Assembly: GCA_004297625.1 (NCBI GenBank)
Contig: SCTY01000004.1
Coordinates: 2,697 to 66,696, forward strand
Direction of reading: 5' to 3'
DNA length: 64,000 bases
Origin: Betaproteobacteria bacterium
Lineage (GTDB): Bacteria > Pseudomonadota > Gammaproteobacteria > Burkholderiales > SG8-39
Under the pieces are notes generated by a model. The model saw only the letters and a list, made by a program, of their open reading frames with translations, did not search any database and was not told the origin of the DNA. Numbering within the stretch: the first letter of the stretch is position 1; the number at the start of each line of letters is the position of its first letter. Made by a program: the position numbers and the translations under genes. Of the stretch, positions 30,553 through 39,468 are shown piece after piece.

Positions 30553-31335
30553 ATGAATTTCGGCGGCTTCGCCACCTGCGCCCTCATCGCCGCGTCATCG
30601 GTTGTTGTGTCCGGCACAGCCTTCGCCACCTGCGATGTTCGCAGCGGGCCGGAGACGACGGCATTGGTTGAGCTGTATACCTCGGAAGGCTGTTCCAGCT
30701 GTCCCCCGGCCGACCGACACCTCAGCCAATTGCAGAAGGCGCTTGGCCCGTCGGCCAAGCTGGTTCCACTGGCCCTGCACGTGGGCTATTGGGACTACCT
30801 TGGATGGAAGGACCCGTATGCGCAAGCCGCTTTCGGGGAGCGCCAGGACTGGCTGGTGCACGCCAACCAGCGCAAAACAGTCTACACGCCCCAGTTCTTC
30901 GTTAATGGTACCGAACTGCGGTCGTGGCGGGGCGCACTGGGCGGTACGGTGCGGCAATTGAACGCTTTGCGACCCGCCGCTGCCATCCGCGTGCAAGCGG
31001 GGCTATCACCGAACGGCGCGCTCGCGCTCGACGCCATGGCCGAGATGCGAGCTGGGGCGGAGCCCGCTGCACTGTACCTAGCGCTCGCCGAGAGCGGCTT
31101 GGTGTCGAAAGTGATGCGCGGGGAAAACAGCGGTGCGATGCTGACGCACGATCATGTTGTGCGCGAATGGATCGGCCCCGTCCGCCTGACCGGTGGCTCA
31201 GCGCGGGTGCGGCGTGACATTTCCCTGCCTGCCGACTGGAACCGTACACGGCTGGAGGTCGTCGCTTTTGTGCAGGAAGAGCGCAAGGGCAGCGTGCTCC
31301 AGGCGGTAAGCGCACAGCAGTGCGCGGGCTCGTGA
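30553..31335 (+). CDS. secreted DUF1223 (thioredoxin-fold) protein
   Basis: Met at 30553. Signal peptide, then ALVELYTSEGCSSCPPADRHL and ALHVGYWDYLGWKDPY. Confidence 0.8.
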   Translation: MNFGGFATCALIAASSVVVSGTAFATCDVRSGPETTALVELYTSEGCSSCPPADRHLSQLQKALGPSAKLVPLALHVGYWDYLGWKDPYAQAAFGERQDWLVHANQRKTVYTPQFFVNGTELRSWRGALGGTVRQLNALRPAAAIRVQAGLSPNGALALDAMAEMRAGAEPAALYLALAESGLVSKVMRGENSGAMLTHDHVVREWIGPVRLTGGSARVRRDISLPADWNRTRLEVVAFVQEERKGSVLQAVSAQQCAGS

Positions 31336-31354
31336 TTTCTCACTCGTCATTACC

Positions 31355-31951
31355 ATGACTAACGCCGTCCAAACCATCCATCCAGCGTGGCTGCGCGCGA
31401 CGCACTGGCTAAATGCGGTCGCGGTGGTGATTCTCGCAATGAGCGGCTGGCGCATCTATAACGCAGCACCATTCTTTAATCTCGTATTTCCCAACGGAAT
31501 CACGTTGGGTGGTTGGCTCGGGGGCGCGATCCAGTGGCACTTTGCGGCGATGTGGTTGCTTGCCGCCAACGGCTTGGTATACCTGCTGTGTAACGCCGGC
31601 ACCGGGCGACTGTTGTACAAGTTTTTCCCACTGTCACCGCGCGCCATCGTCGCCGACATGCTCGCCGCGCTAAGCGGACAACTGTCGCATGCCGACCCGC
31701 TTCATTACAACGCGGTACAGCGCGCGGCCTATCTGTTCGTAATGATCGACGCGGTAGTTCTGGTGCTCTCGGGCCTGGTCCTTTGGAAATCGGTGCAGTT
31801 TCCGCTTTTACGCGAATTGCTTGGTGGTTACGAATCCGCACGCCGAGTGCATTTCTTCGCCATGGTCGCGCTGGTTGCCTTCGTTACGGTGCATCTGGCC
31901 ATGGTGGCGCTCGTGCCGCGCACGCTATTGGCCATGGTTCGCGGCCGTTAA
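31355..31951 (+). CDS. membrane b-type cytochrome (cytochrome b561/PhsC-like)
   Basis: HPAWLRATHWLNAVAVVILAMSGWRIY..WHF and four TM helices with conserved His. Confidence 0.8.
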   Translation: MTNAVQTIHPAWLRATHWLNAVAVVILAMSGWRIYNAAPFFNLVFPNGITLGGWLGGAIQWHFAAMWLLAANGLVYLLCNAGTGRLLYKFFPLSPRAIVADMLAALSGQLSHADPLHYNAVQRAAYLFVMIDAVVLVLSGLVLWKSVQFPLLRELLGGYESARRVHFFAMVALVAFVTVHLAMVALVPRTLLAMVRGR

Positions 31952-31964
31952 GGAAATCACTCTG

Positions 31965-32741
31965 ATGATCAGGAAGATCCCGCGAATTCCCTCGATTGAC
32001 GGCGACGCCGTGGTGAAAGAGGCAATGCGGCGCATCGAACAACCGTCCCGCCGCCTCTTCCTTCAGCGTTCGCTTAATCTGGGCGGGCTGTCGTTGCTGA
32101 CCGGCTGCGTGATCGTGGACGAAAACAGTGTCGAGAATGCGCTGATGAGGGTCTCTCGATTCAACGACAACGTGCAGGGCTGGCTATTCGATCCTAAGCA
32201 ACTGGCGCCAACTTACCCCGAATCGATGATCACGCGTCCATTTCCGTTCAATGCCTACTACGGCGAGGAAGAGATAAGGCAGGTCGATGCGGACACCTAC
32301 CGGCTCGAGGTTACCGGCTTGGTGGCGGACAGGCACGCTTGGACGCTGGCCGAGCTGCGAGCGATGCCGCAGACTGACCAGGTCACGCGCCACATTTGCG
32401 TCGAGGGCTGGAGCGCCATCGGCAAATGGGGTGGCGTAACCTTTTCAAACTTCCTCTACAGCATTGGCGCAGATACGAGTGCCAAGTACGTCGGCTTTAA
32501 GTGCGCCGACGGCTATTACACCAGCATCGACATGCCCACTGCGCTACATCCGCAGACATTGCTGGCCCTGATCTACGACGGCCAGCCCCTGCCGCCAAAG
32601 TACGGTTTCCCGATGAAGCTGCGCATGCCGACCAAGCTCGGTTACAAGAATCCGAAACACATCCAGGCCATTTTCGTCACCAACACCTACCCCGGGGGCT
32701 ATTGGGAGGACCAAGGGTACAACTGGTTCGGCGGCAGCTGA
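31965..32741 (+). CDS. molybdopterin-dependent oxidoreductase (sulfite-oxidase fold, YedY/MsrP-like)
   Basis: Met at 31965. HICVEGWSAIGKWGGVTFSNF, LPPKYGFPMKLRMPTKLGYKNPKHI. Confidence 0.85.
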   Translation: MIRKIPRIPSIDGDAVVKEAMRRIEQPSRRLFLQRSLNLGGLSLLTGCVIVDENSVENALMRVSRFNDNVQGWLFDPKQLAPTYPESMITRPFPFNAYYGEEEIRQVDADTYRLEVTGLVADRHAWTLAELRAMPQTDQVTRHICVEGWSAIGKWGGVTFSNFLYSIGADTSAKYVGFKCADGYYTSIDMPTALHPQTLLALIYDGQPLPPKYGFPMKLRMPTKLGYKNPKHIQAIFVTNTYPGGYWEDQGYNWFGGS

Positions 32742-32809
32742 GTTCAACTCAGCCGCCCTGAATAATCGGCTTCACCTCAACTCACTCAATCACGACCAAG
32801 GAGTTCACC

Positions 32810-33046
32810 ATGACCAAGATCACCTTAGCTCTGCTGTGCACCACTCTTGTGCTTGCCGGCGGCAATGCATTAGCCGACGATATGATGAAGAAAGACACGA
32901 TGGCCAAGGAAGGCATGGCCAAAGATCAGATGAAGAAAGACTCGATGAAGAAAGATGCGATGGTCAAGGAAGATACGAAAAAGGACACCATGAAGAAGGA
33001 CGGTATGGCCAAGGACGCCATGAAAAAGCACGAAATGAAAAAATAA
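32810..33046 (+). CDS. secreted pentapeptide MxKDx-repeat protein (Met/Lys-rich)
   Basis: Signal peptide MTKITLALLCTTLVLAGGNALA, then 11 iterations of (M)(K/A)K(D/E)x. There are 11 Met in 56 mature residues. AAGGAG lies upstream. Confidence 0.85.
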   Translation: MTKITLALLCTTLVLAGGNALADDMMKKDTMAKEGMAKDQMKKDSMKKDAMVKEDTKKDTMKKDGMAKDAMKKHEMKK

Positions 33047-33118
33047 GGCCCGATCCTCACGGACCCGTGTAAGTGGAGGGGCGCAGGCCGTTGGTTTGCG
33101 CCACCTCGTCAAATGGAA

Positions 33119-33126
33119 GTTATATT
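33119..33126. repeat. target-site duplication GTTATATT (left)
   Basis: Identical 8-mer directly flanking both IS ends. Confidence 0.85.
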
Positions 33127-34557
33127 GAGCCTATCCGGAATTTTGTGTGAGAGGTCATATCATGCTCGCTAAAGGAGCCATGAATGACCGACAACACCAA
33201 GGCTGCCAAATCCCGGCAGCGTAAGCCCAAGGGCCCGTTTTCCGACGAGCTTCTGGATCAGCTGCTCTCGCAGGTGCGCGGCCGTGACGCCGAGAGCCTG
33301 CTGGGAGAATCGGGGTTGGTTGGGCAACTCAAGAAGCAACTGGCCGAGCGGATGCTGAGCGCGGAGCTGAACCACCACCTGGCCACAGGGCGTGCCGCGG
33401 GCGAAGCGCCTGGCAATCACCGCAACGGCAGCAGCGCCAAGACCGTGCTCACCCCGAGCGGGCCGCTGCCGCTGGAGATCCCGCGCGACCGGCACGCGAG
33501 CTTTGACCCGGTGCTGGTGGCCAAGCACCAGAGGCGCCTGCCCGGGTTCGACGACCACGTCATCGGCATGTACGCGCGCGGCATGACGATGCGCGAGATC
33601 CGCGGCCACTTGCTCGAGCTCTACGGGCTGGAGGTATCCCCCGAGTTGATCTCCACCATCACCGACGAGGTGCTGGCCGAGGCTGTCGAGTGGCAGACCC
33701 GGCCGCTCGATGCGATGTACCCCATCGTCTACTTCGATGCGCTGCGGCTGAAGATCCGCGACGAGGGTGCGGTCAAGAACAAGGCCGTCTACCTCGCCCT
33801 GGGGGTCGATGCCGCCGGCCACAAGGACGTGCTCGGGCTGTGGATCGAGCAAACCGAGGGCGCCAAGTTCTGGCTCAAGGTGTTCAACGACCTGAAGAAT
33901 CGCGGCGTGGCCGACGTGCTGATCGCCGTGGTCGATGGCCTGCGCGGTTTCCCCGAAGCCATCGAGGCGACCTTCCCGCAGACGCAGATCCAGACCTGCA
34001 TCGTGCGCCTGATCCGCAACTCCCTGAGCTACGTCGCCTGGAAGGACCGCAAGGCGCTCGCCGCTGAACTGAAGCCCGTCTACCAAGCGGCCAACGCCGC
34101 GGCGGCGGAAGCGGCGCTGGCAGCCTTTGAGCAAGGGCCGTGGGGCCGCAAGTGCCCGCCGATCGCGCAGGCCTGGCGCCGGCAATGGGCGCAGGTAACG
34201 CCGTTCTTTGCCTATCCGCATGAGGTGCGCCGCATCATCTATACGACCAACGCCATCGAGAGCCTGCACATGCGACTCCGGAAGATCGTGAAGAACCGGG
34301 GTCATTTCCCGAGCGACGAGGCCGCCACCAAGCTGCTGTACCTCGCGTTGCGCAACATCACCCGGAACTGGAGCATGGCGCCCAAGACCTGGAAGGAAGC
34401 GGCCAACCAGTTCACCATCCTGTTCGGCCAACGCTTTGTGCAGCAGGGGTAACATGTACACGACTTGTCCACCGCGTCGGGCGTTCGTCGCAAGCGACGC
34501 CCGCCGCCGTGGACAAGTCTTCACCGAAACCTTTCACACAGAAATTCGGATACGTCC
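33127..34557 (+). mobile_element. IS256-family insertion sequence (1431 bp)
   Basis: Terminal inverted repeats GAGCCTATCCGGAATTTTGTGTGAGAGGT and GGACGTATCCGAATTTCTGTGTGAAAGGT match at 22/29 ungapped. It carries a single mutator-type transposase and has 8-bp flanking direct repeats. Confidence 0.9.
33184..34452 (+). CDS. IS256-family (mutator-type) transposase
   Basis: 422 aa. LLGESGLVGQLKKQLAERMLSAELNHHL, YPIVYFDALRLKIRDEG, GLWIEQTEGAKFWLKVFNDLKNRGV. Confidence 0.95.
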   Translation: MTDNTKAAKSRQRKPKGPFSDELLDQLLSQVRGRDAESLLGESGLVGQLKKQLAERMLSAELNHHLATGRAAGEAPGNHRNGSSAKTVLTPSGPLPLEIPRDRHASFDPVLVAKHQRRLPGFDDHVIGMYARGMTMREIRGHLLELYGLEVSPELISTITDEVLAEAVEWQTRPLDAMYPIVYFDALRLKIRDEGAVKNKAVYLALGVDAAGHKDVLGLWIEQTEGAKFWLKVFNDLKNRGVADVLIAVVDGLRGFPEAIEATFPQTQIQTCIVRLIRNSLSYVAWKDRKALAAELKPVYQAANAAAAEAALAAFEQGPWGRKCPPIAQAWRRQWAQVTPFFAYPHEVRRIIYTTNAIESLHMRLRKIVKNRGHFPSDEAATKLLYLALRNITRNWSMAPKTWKEAANQFTILFGQRFVQQG

Positions 34558-34565
34558 GTTATATT
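34558..34565. repeat. target-site duplication GTTATATT (right)
   Basis: See 33119..33126. Confidence 0.85.
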
Positions 34566-34590
34566 AGCCGCGAGCACAGAAACGGCGTTG

Positions 34591-36297
34591 ATGCTCCTCG
34601 AAACCTTGAATAGCCGCAGATCACGCTTTCTCGCCGCATCAAACGACGCGACGCCGGCGGGCGCGAACCCGAAGAAGATCGGCTGGCTCCCGCCGCTGGT
34701 CCTGCTCGTCAACCTTGCGGTCCTCGGCCTGCTCATCGCGTACAGCTTCCTCAATCTGCTGCCCGATATCCCGGCGGCGCACGCAATGCATCCGCGGACC
34801 TATGTCCAATGGGCCGCCGCGTTTGCCGTGCTCACTCCCACGGCTGCTTCCCTCGTCTTCCTCTGGCCGGTCTTCGCTTGGTTACGTCGGCGCACGACCG
34901 CTCTGGCAAACGCCACGGGCGGCGAAATCCCAGCCGCCATCGCCGAGCGGGCGGCGAACGCTCCGCTCGCGCTCGCGGCGTTTTCCTTGCTCGGATGGCT
35001 TCTCGTCACCGCATTCGTTGTCATGCGGGCCGCGACGGGCGGCCTGGAGATCCCACCCGGCCACACCGTGCACTTTATTTCGCGTCCCGCGCTCGCGGGA
35101 CTCATCGCCGCGCTGGCGAGCTTCTTCGCCGCGGAACACCTTTGCCGCGCCCAGGTCTGGCCCGCGCTCCTCGCGAGCACTCCGATCGCCGGAAACCGGC
35201 GGCTGCGCAGGGTGCGCGTCTGGCACCGCCTTCTGGGGCTCTGGCTCGTGATCAGCGCCCTGCCTCTGGCCGCCGTAGCGCTGACGACGTTCGCGCGCGT
35301 GGTAGGCGTGGACCTGGCGGCCGACCCCATGCTCGAACGTCTCGCCCATGTGGTACTCCTGATCGCCGTCTCGGGGGCGGTGGGCGGGGCGTGGTTTGCC
35401 TGGCTCGTCTCGCGCTCCATCGCCGGGCCGCTCGAGGCGCTGGAGGCGGCGACGGCCCGGCTGAGCGAAGGCCGTTTCGACACGCGCATGCCGGTCAATG
35501 CGACCGACGAGTTCGGTTCGCTCGCCGAGGGTTTCAATCTCGCGGCCGGGCGCCTGTCGCGAAGTTATGCGGAACTCGAAACCCGCAACCGCGAACTTGC
35601 GGAGGCGCTCGACCGCGTGGTGTTCCTCGAGCACGTCAAACGAGGCCTCGACCGCTTCGTTCCGGAGACGGTGCGGCGCGCGATCGAGAAAAATCCCGAG
35701 GCCCCCGGTCTGGCGAAGAAGGTGACGGACGTGACGGTGCTGTTCCTCGACATCGAGGGCTATTCGCGCCTCAGCGAGCAGTTGCCGCGAGCGGCGCTCA
35801 ACGCGCTGGTCGAGCGCTATTTCTCGCTCTTCATGGCATCGATCCGTGCCGAAGGCGGAGACATCAACGAGACCGCGGGCGATGGGCTGATGATCATCTT
35901 CAAGGCGGGCCGGCCCGAAGAGCATGCCTGCGCGGCGGTGCGCGCAGCGCTGGCGATCCGGGAGCAGACGGGAGTCGCCAACCGCGACGCGGTCGCCGGG
36001 CATCCGCCGATCGCCGTCAACATCGGCATCAACTCCGGCGAGTGCGATGTCGGAGCCACCCGCTTCAAGGGTCCTGCGGGCGAACGCTGGACCTTCACTG
36101 CGAGCGGCCCGGCGACGAACCTCGCGGCGCGGCTCGGCGACCACGCCAACGGCGGGCAGATTCTGGTTGCTGCCGAGACAGCGCTGCGGGTGCGCGACCG
36201 CTTCGTCCTGCGCAGCCTCGGTCTCGTCTCGCCGAAGAACCTGTCGAGTCCCGTAGAGGCATGGGAGGTCGAAGCCGGGCATCAGACGGTATGCTGA
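34591..36297 (+). CDS. membrane-bound HAMP-domain adenylate/guanylate cyclase
   Basis: The first in-frame Met outside the IS is at 34591. It has a multi-TM N-terminus and a HAMP domain (IAGPLEALEAATARLSEGRFDTRMPVNATDEFGSLAEGFN). The class III cyclase domain has VTVLFLDIEGYSRLSE, TAGDGLMIIF and GINSGECDVG. Confidence 0.85.
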   Translation: MLLETLNSRRSRFLAASNDATPAGANPKKIGWLPPLVLLVNLAVLGLLIAYSFLNLLPDIPAAHAMHPRTYVQWAAAFAVLTPTAASLVFLWPVFAWLRRRTTALANATGGEIPAAIAERAANAPLALAAFSLLGWLLVTAFVVMRAATGGLEIPPGHTVHFISRPALAGLIAALASFFAAEHLCRAQVWPALLASTPIAGNRRLRRVRVWHRLLGLWLVISALPLAAVALTTFARVVGVDLAADPMLERLAHVVLLIAVSGAVGGAWFAWLVSRSIAGPLEALEAATARLSEGRFDTRMPVNATDEFGSLAEGFNLAAGRLSRSYAELETRNRELAEALDRVVFLEHVKRGLDRFVPETVRRAIEKNPEAPGLAKKVTDVTVLFLDIEGYSRLSEQLPRAALNALVERYFSLFMASIRAEGGDINETAGDGLMIIFKAGRPEEHACAAVRAALAIREQTGVANRDAVAGHPPIAVNIGINSGECDVGATRFKGPAGERWTFTASGPATNLAARLGDHANGGQILVAAETALRVRDRFVLRSLGLVSPKNLSSPVEAWEVEAGHQTVC

Positions 36298-36518
36298 GAA
36301 TCGCTCTCAAGCAATGGTCGCTGCTGATTTACGGGGCGCGAGCGGCGATCCAAAACGCCGAGGACAAGGACGACCGACTCAGTCGGCGGGTCACCCGACT
36401 GGTCGCGCGTCGCTACCCGAATGTTGCGGCCGCGGCGCTCTCCAACAAGACCACGCTCATGGCCTGGCTGCTGCTGAGAAACGGCACCGACTACCAACCC
36501 GATAGGGTCGCAAGCTGA
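36291..36518 (+). pseudogene. C-terminal remnant of an IS110-family transposase
   Basis: ..SLLIYGARAAIQNAEDKDDRLSRRVTRLVARRYPNVAAAALSNKTTLMAWLLLRNGTDYQP resembles IS110-family C-termini (..HGARSVL...LS.W...L..RR....AAVALANKMARI.WALL..G..Y). There is no N-terminal catalytic part. Confidence 0.45.
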
Positions 36519-36624
36519 TGTAATACTCGACTCGGAAACCGATCGACCGCGTCGTCAACACAGAGGGGCATACCCCACCTAGAGCCGGTCGTCTCGGAAG
36601 CGGCAGATCCGTAGACCTTTGGCT

Positions 36625-37002
36625 TTAACGCCCAGCTGCGATCAGCTTGCGCATGGCCGCCTCGGCATGGCGAATCTCCGTCGCAGACAGCGGCTGCTCG
36701 AACAACTCGCCAATGGCCTTCTGGTACACGGGCCACATGCGCTTGCGCATCCGGCGCCCCTCGGGGCTGAGCACCGCGTGGGCGCCGCGGCGGTCCTCGT
36801 CGGAGCGCTCGCGCCGCACCAACCCGGCGGTCTCAAGCCGATCGATCAGCCGTGTGATGTTGCTACGGCTGGTTACCATCCAGAGGGCGAACTCGTGCAT
36901 TCGCAGGCGCTGGCCCTCCGCGCGTTCCAGCGCCCATAGCGCGTCGTACCAGTCGAGCGCCGGCAGGCCGGCGGCGGCGAAGCGGTAAGGAATGATGGGC
37001 AC
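36625..37002 (-). CDS. MarR-family transcriptional regulator
   Basis: Winged-helix segment MHEFALWMVTSRSNITRLIDRLETAGLVRRERSDEDRRGAHAVLSPEG. Confidence 0.8.
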   Translation of the reverse strand: MPIIPYRFAAAGLPALDWYDALWALERAEGQRLRMHEFALWMVTSRSNITRLIDRLETAGLVRRERSDEDRRGAHAVLSPEGRRMRKRMWPVYQKAIGELFEQPLSATEIRHAEAAMRKLIAAGR

Positions 37003-37040
37003 CGCGCCTTCACTGCCCGCGCCGATCGCTTCGTCGCAGG

Positions 37041-38444
37041 CTAGAGCACGACGTTGGCGCGAACCCGGGCCTTCGCCTCTGTCAACCGCACGACGGCCTG
37101 CGCGACATCGGCGCGCAAGGGCTTTCTGTCCCGCACCACGACCTCACCGTCGACAAGCACGGTATCCACGTCGCCGCCGTCAGCGTTGTAGACCAGATAC
37201 TTGATCGGGTCTTCGTAGCCGGCAGCGCGCGGGCGCCTAAGGTCGACGAGCACGAGATCCGCCTTGCATCCGGAAGCAATGCGCCCGAGATCGTCGCGGC
37301 CCAGCGCGCGCGCGCCGTTCACCGTCGCGAGTTCGAGCGCTTCCATGGCGCTCGTCGCTTGCTGGCTCTGCTCGGCGAGCTTGCATCCGATCGCTGCGAC
37401 GCGCATCTCGTGGATCATGTCTACGGGATGGGTGTCGGTGCCGAGCGCGACGTTCACTCCAGCCCGCCGGAATTTCGCGTACGAATTCATCAGCGTGCCT
37501 TGGCGCATCTTCACCCACGGCAGGTGCACGATCGTGCTGCCCGATCGGGCGAGGAGCGCGAGCTCTTCGGAGGGAATCGCGCCGACGTCGTTCGTTTCGG
37601 CGAGGAACATTCCGTGGCCAATGAGGAAATCCCTTCCCAGCAGCCCGGCGCGATCGAGCCAGCGGATCGTGGTCATGCCGTGTGCGTCCCGCACGCGCCG
37701 GAATTCGCTTGGCGACTGGCCTGCGTGCAGCTGGATCGGCAGCCCGGACGCGCTCGCGATTCGCCTCGTCTCGGCGAGCATCTCCGCGTCGCAGGTATCC
37801 ACCTGGCCGGGCGCGAGCATCGCGCGCAGCCGGTCGCCGTGCGTGCCGTTCACCGCCTCGCAGAAAGCGACGCACGCCTCCATTCGCGCTCGGCCGGCAT
37901 CGGGATAGTCGAAATAGCCGACGCCCCCCGATCCGTCGCCGCGCCAGTAGCCGCGCCGGTAGCGCGGCGCCGTGTAGCAGCGCAGCCCCAGCCCCACCGC
38001 GATTTCAACCACATCGCGCGCATTCTCGATGCCTGAGGACCCCGCGAGCTCCTGGTCGTAGCCCATCTCGACCACCGTCGTCGTGCCCGCAAGCAGCATC
38101 TCGATGAACATCAGCCGCGCACCGATGCAGGCATCGCTCGCATCGATGGCATGGCGAACGGCCGGAAGCACGCGATAGAGGTTGGCGTAGTCCTTGGGGC
38201 CGGCGCTTTCCTCAAGGAAGCCCCGCGTGAACGCGGTATCGGTCGCGTGCGAATGCAGGTTGATCAACCCCGGAATGACAAGATGGCCAGCGGCGTCGAT
38301 CTCGCGATCGGCCTCCGCCCGGCCTTCGCCCACGTATGCGATCGCGTTACCCTCGACGAGCACTGTCGCGCACGGCAACACGCGATGTGCGCCGTCGATC
38401 CAGGCGACGACGGCGCCGTTGTGGATCGCCAGCCGCTCGGCCAC
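37041..38444 (-). CDS. metal-dependent amidohydrolase (TRZ/ATZ, deaminase-like)
   Basis: 467 aa. PGLINLHSHATDT (HxH motif). Length and pattern resemble the chlorohydrolase/aminohydrolase family. Confidence 0.8.
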   Translation of the reverse strand: MAERLAIHNGAVVAWIDGAHRVLPCATVLVEGNAIAYVGEGRAEADREIDAAGHLVIPGLINLHSHATDTAFTRGFLEESAGPKDYANLYRVLPAVRHAIDASDACIGARLMFIEMLLAGTTTVVEMGYDQELAGSSGIENARDVVEIAVGLGLRCYTAPRYRRGYWRGDGSGGVGYFDYPDAGRARMEACVAFCEAVNGTHGDRLRAMLAPGQVDTCDAEMLAETRRIASASGLPIQLHAGQSPSEFRRVRDAHGMTTIRWLDRAGLLGRDFLIGHGMFLAETNDVGAIPSEELALLARSGSTIVHLPWVKMRQGTLMNSYAKFRRAGVNVALGTDTHPVDMIHEMRVAAIGCKLAEQSQQATSAMEALELATVNGARALGRDDLGRIASGCKADLVLVDLRRPRAAGYEDPIKYLVYNADGGDVDTVLVDGEVVVRDRKPLRADVAQAVVRLTEAKARVRANVVL

Positions 38445-38447
38445 GCG

Positions 38448-39428
38448 CTATTCGGGTTTGATCCCGGCCGCTCGAATGACGTCGCCCCACTTCTTCGCTT
38501 CGGCGAGGAAATGACGCGTGAAATCCTCGGCCGAACCACCGACGATTTCGAGGCCCATTGATGCGATGCGGTTGCGCACATCGGGCATCTGCAGAATCCT
38601 CGCGATCTCCGTGTTCAGGCGCGCAACGATCGGCGCGGGGGTACCGGCAGGCGCAACGATGCCGTACCAGCCGCCACCCTCGAAGTCGCGGATGCCGAAG
38701 TCGCCGAGGCTCGGTACTTGGGGCGCGGCGGGGTCGCGTTGCGACGACAGCACGATGACCGCCTTCACCTTGCCGGCGCGGATGTTATTCAACTGGCTGT
38801 TGAGGTTGTCCGTAGCGTACGGGAGATGTCCGCCGGCGAGGTCAGTGACAAGCGGCGCAGAGCCCTTGTAGCCGACGTGCTCCATGACCAGCCCGGTGCG
38901 CGACTTGAGCAATTCGGTCGAAAGGTGAGAGAGCGAGCCGACGCCGGGTGTGCCATAGCTGAACGCCTTGGGGTCCGCCTTGCTCCGGGCGAGCATCTCC
39001 TTGAATTCGGCACTCTTGGCCCCCGGCCCGGCGACGAGCACGTTCGAATATCGCACGAGGTGGATTACACCCGTGAAGTCGCGCGGGCTCCACGACAGGC
39101 GGGCGAACATCGCCTCGTTGGTGGCCAGGTTGGGCGCCTGCAACAGCAGGGTATAGCCGTCCGGCGCCGACTTGGCGACGAAATCGCTCGCGATGTTAGT
39201 CGAGGCACCTGGCCGGTTCTCGACGACCACCGGCTGCCCGAGTACCTCCGAGAGTCTCGGGGAAATCAGGCGCGCGACCGTGTCGGTGCCGCCGCCACCG
39301 GGGTACGGCACAATGATGCGGACCGGTTTGGCCGGGTAGTCCTGGGCGACCGCGGGGGCGACGCCTAGCGCGGCTGCTGTCACGACTGCGACGACAAGCG
39401 CGATGGTTCTCATGATCTGTTCTCGCAT
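38448..39428 (-). CDS. Bug-family tripartite tricarboxylate transporter substrate-binding protein
   Basis: Signal peptide, then QDYPAKPVRIIVPYPGGGGTDTVARL. I chose ATG 39428 because AGGAG lies upstream. Confidence 0.9.
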   Translation of the reverse strand: MREQIMRTIALVVAVVTAAALGVAPAVAQDYPAKPVRIIVPYPGGGGTDTVARLISPRLSEVLGQPVVVENRPGASTNIASDFVAKSAPDGYTLLLQAPNLATNEAMFARLSWSPRDFTGVIHLVRYSNVLVAGPGAKSAEFKEMLARSKADPKAFSYGTPGVGSLSHLSTELLKSRTGLVMEHVGYKGSAPLVTDLAGGHLPYATDNLNSQLNNIRAGKVKAVIVLSSQRDPAAPQVPSLGDFGIRDFEGGGWYGIVAPAGTPAPIVARLNTEIARILQMPDVRNRIASMGLEIVGGSAEDFTRHFLAEAKKWGDVIRAAGIKPE

Positions 39429-39468
39429 TGTTGCTCTCCTGTGATTTCGTGTGGCCACCCGGAGTCCT

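Noticed and set aside
32879-33043. Tandem ~15-bp DNA repeats that could be mistaken for a repeat array
   Set aside because: They are the coding repeats of the MxKDx protein (in frame, with a signal peptide and RBS). There are no spacers and no CRISPR-like structure. I saw no CRISPR array anywhere in the window.
33169-34524. 451-aa minus-strand ORF spanning the IS
   Set aside because: It is antisense to the clearly recognisable IS256-family transposase. It has no motif support.
34809-36518. 569-aa plus-strand and 466-aa minus-strand (34882..36282) ORFs over the cyclase gene
   Set aside because: These are alternative frames of the HAMP-cyclase gene with Arg/Gly/Pro-rich translations. Only the last 75 codons of the plus-strand ORF (36291..36518) look like a real, transposase-derived remnant.
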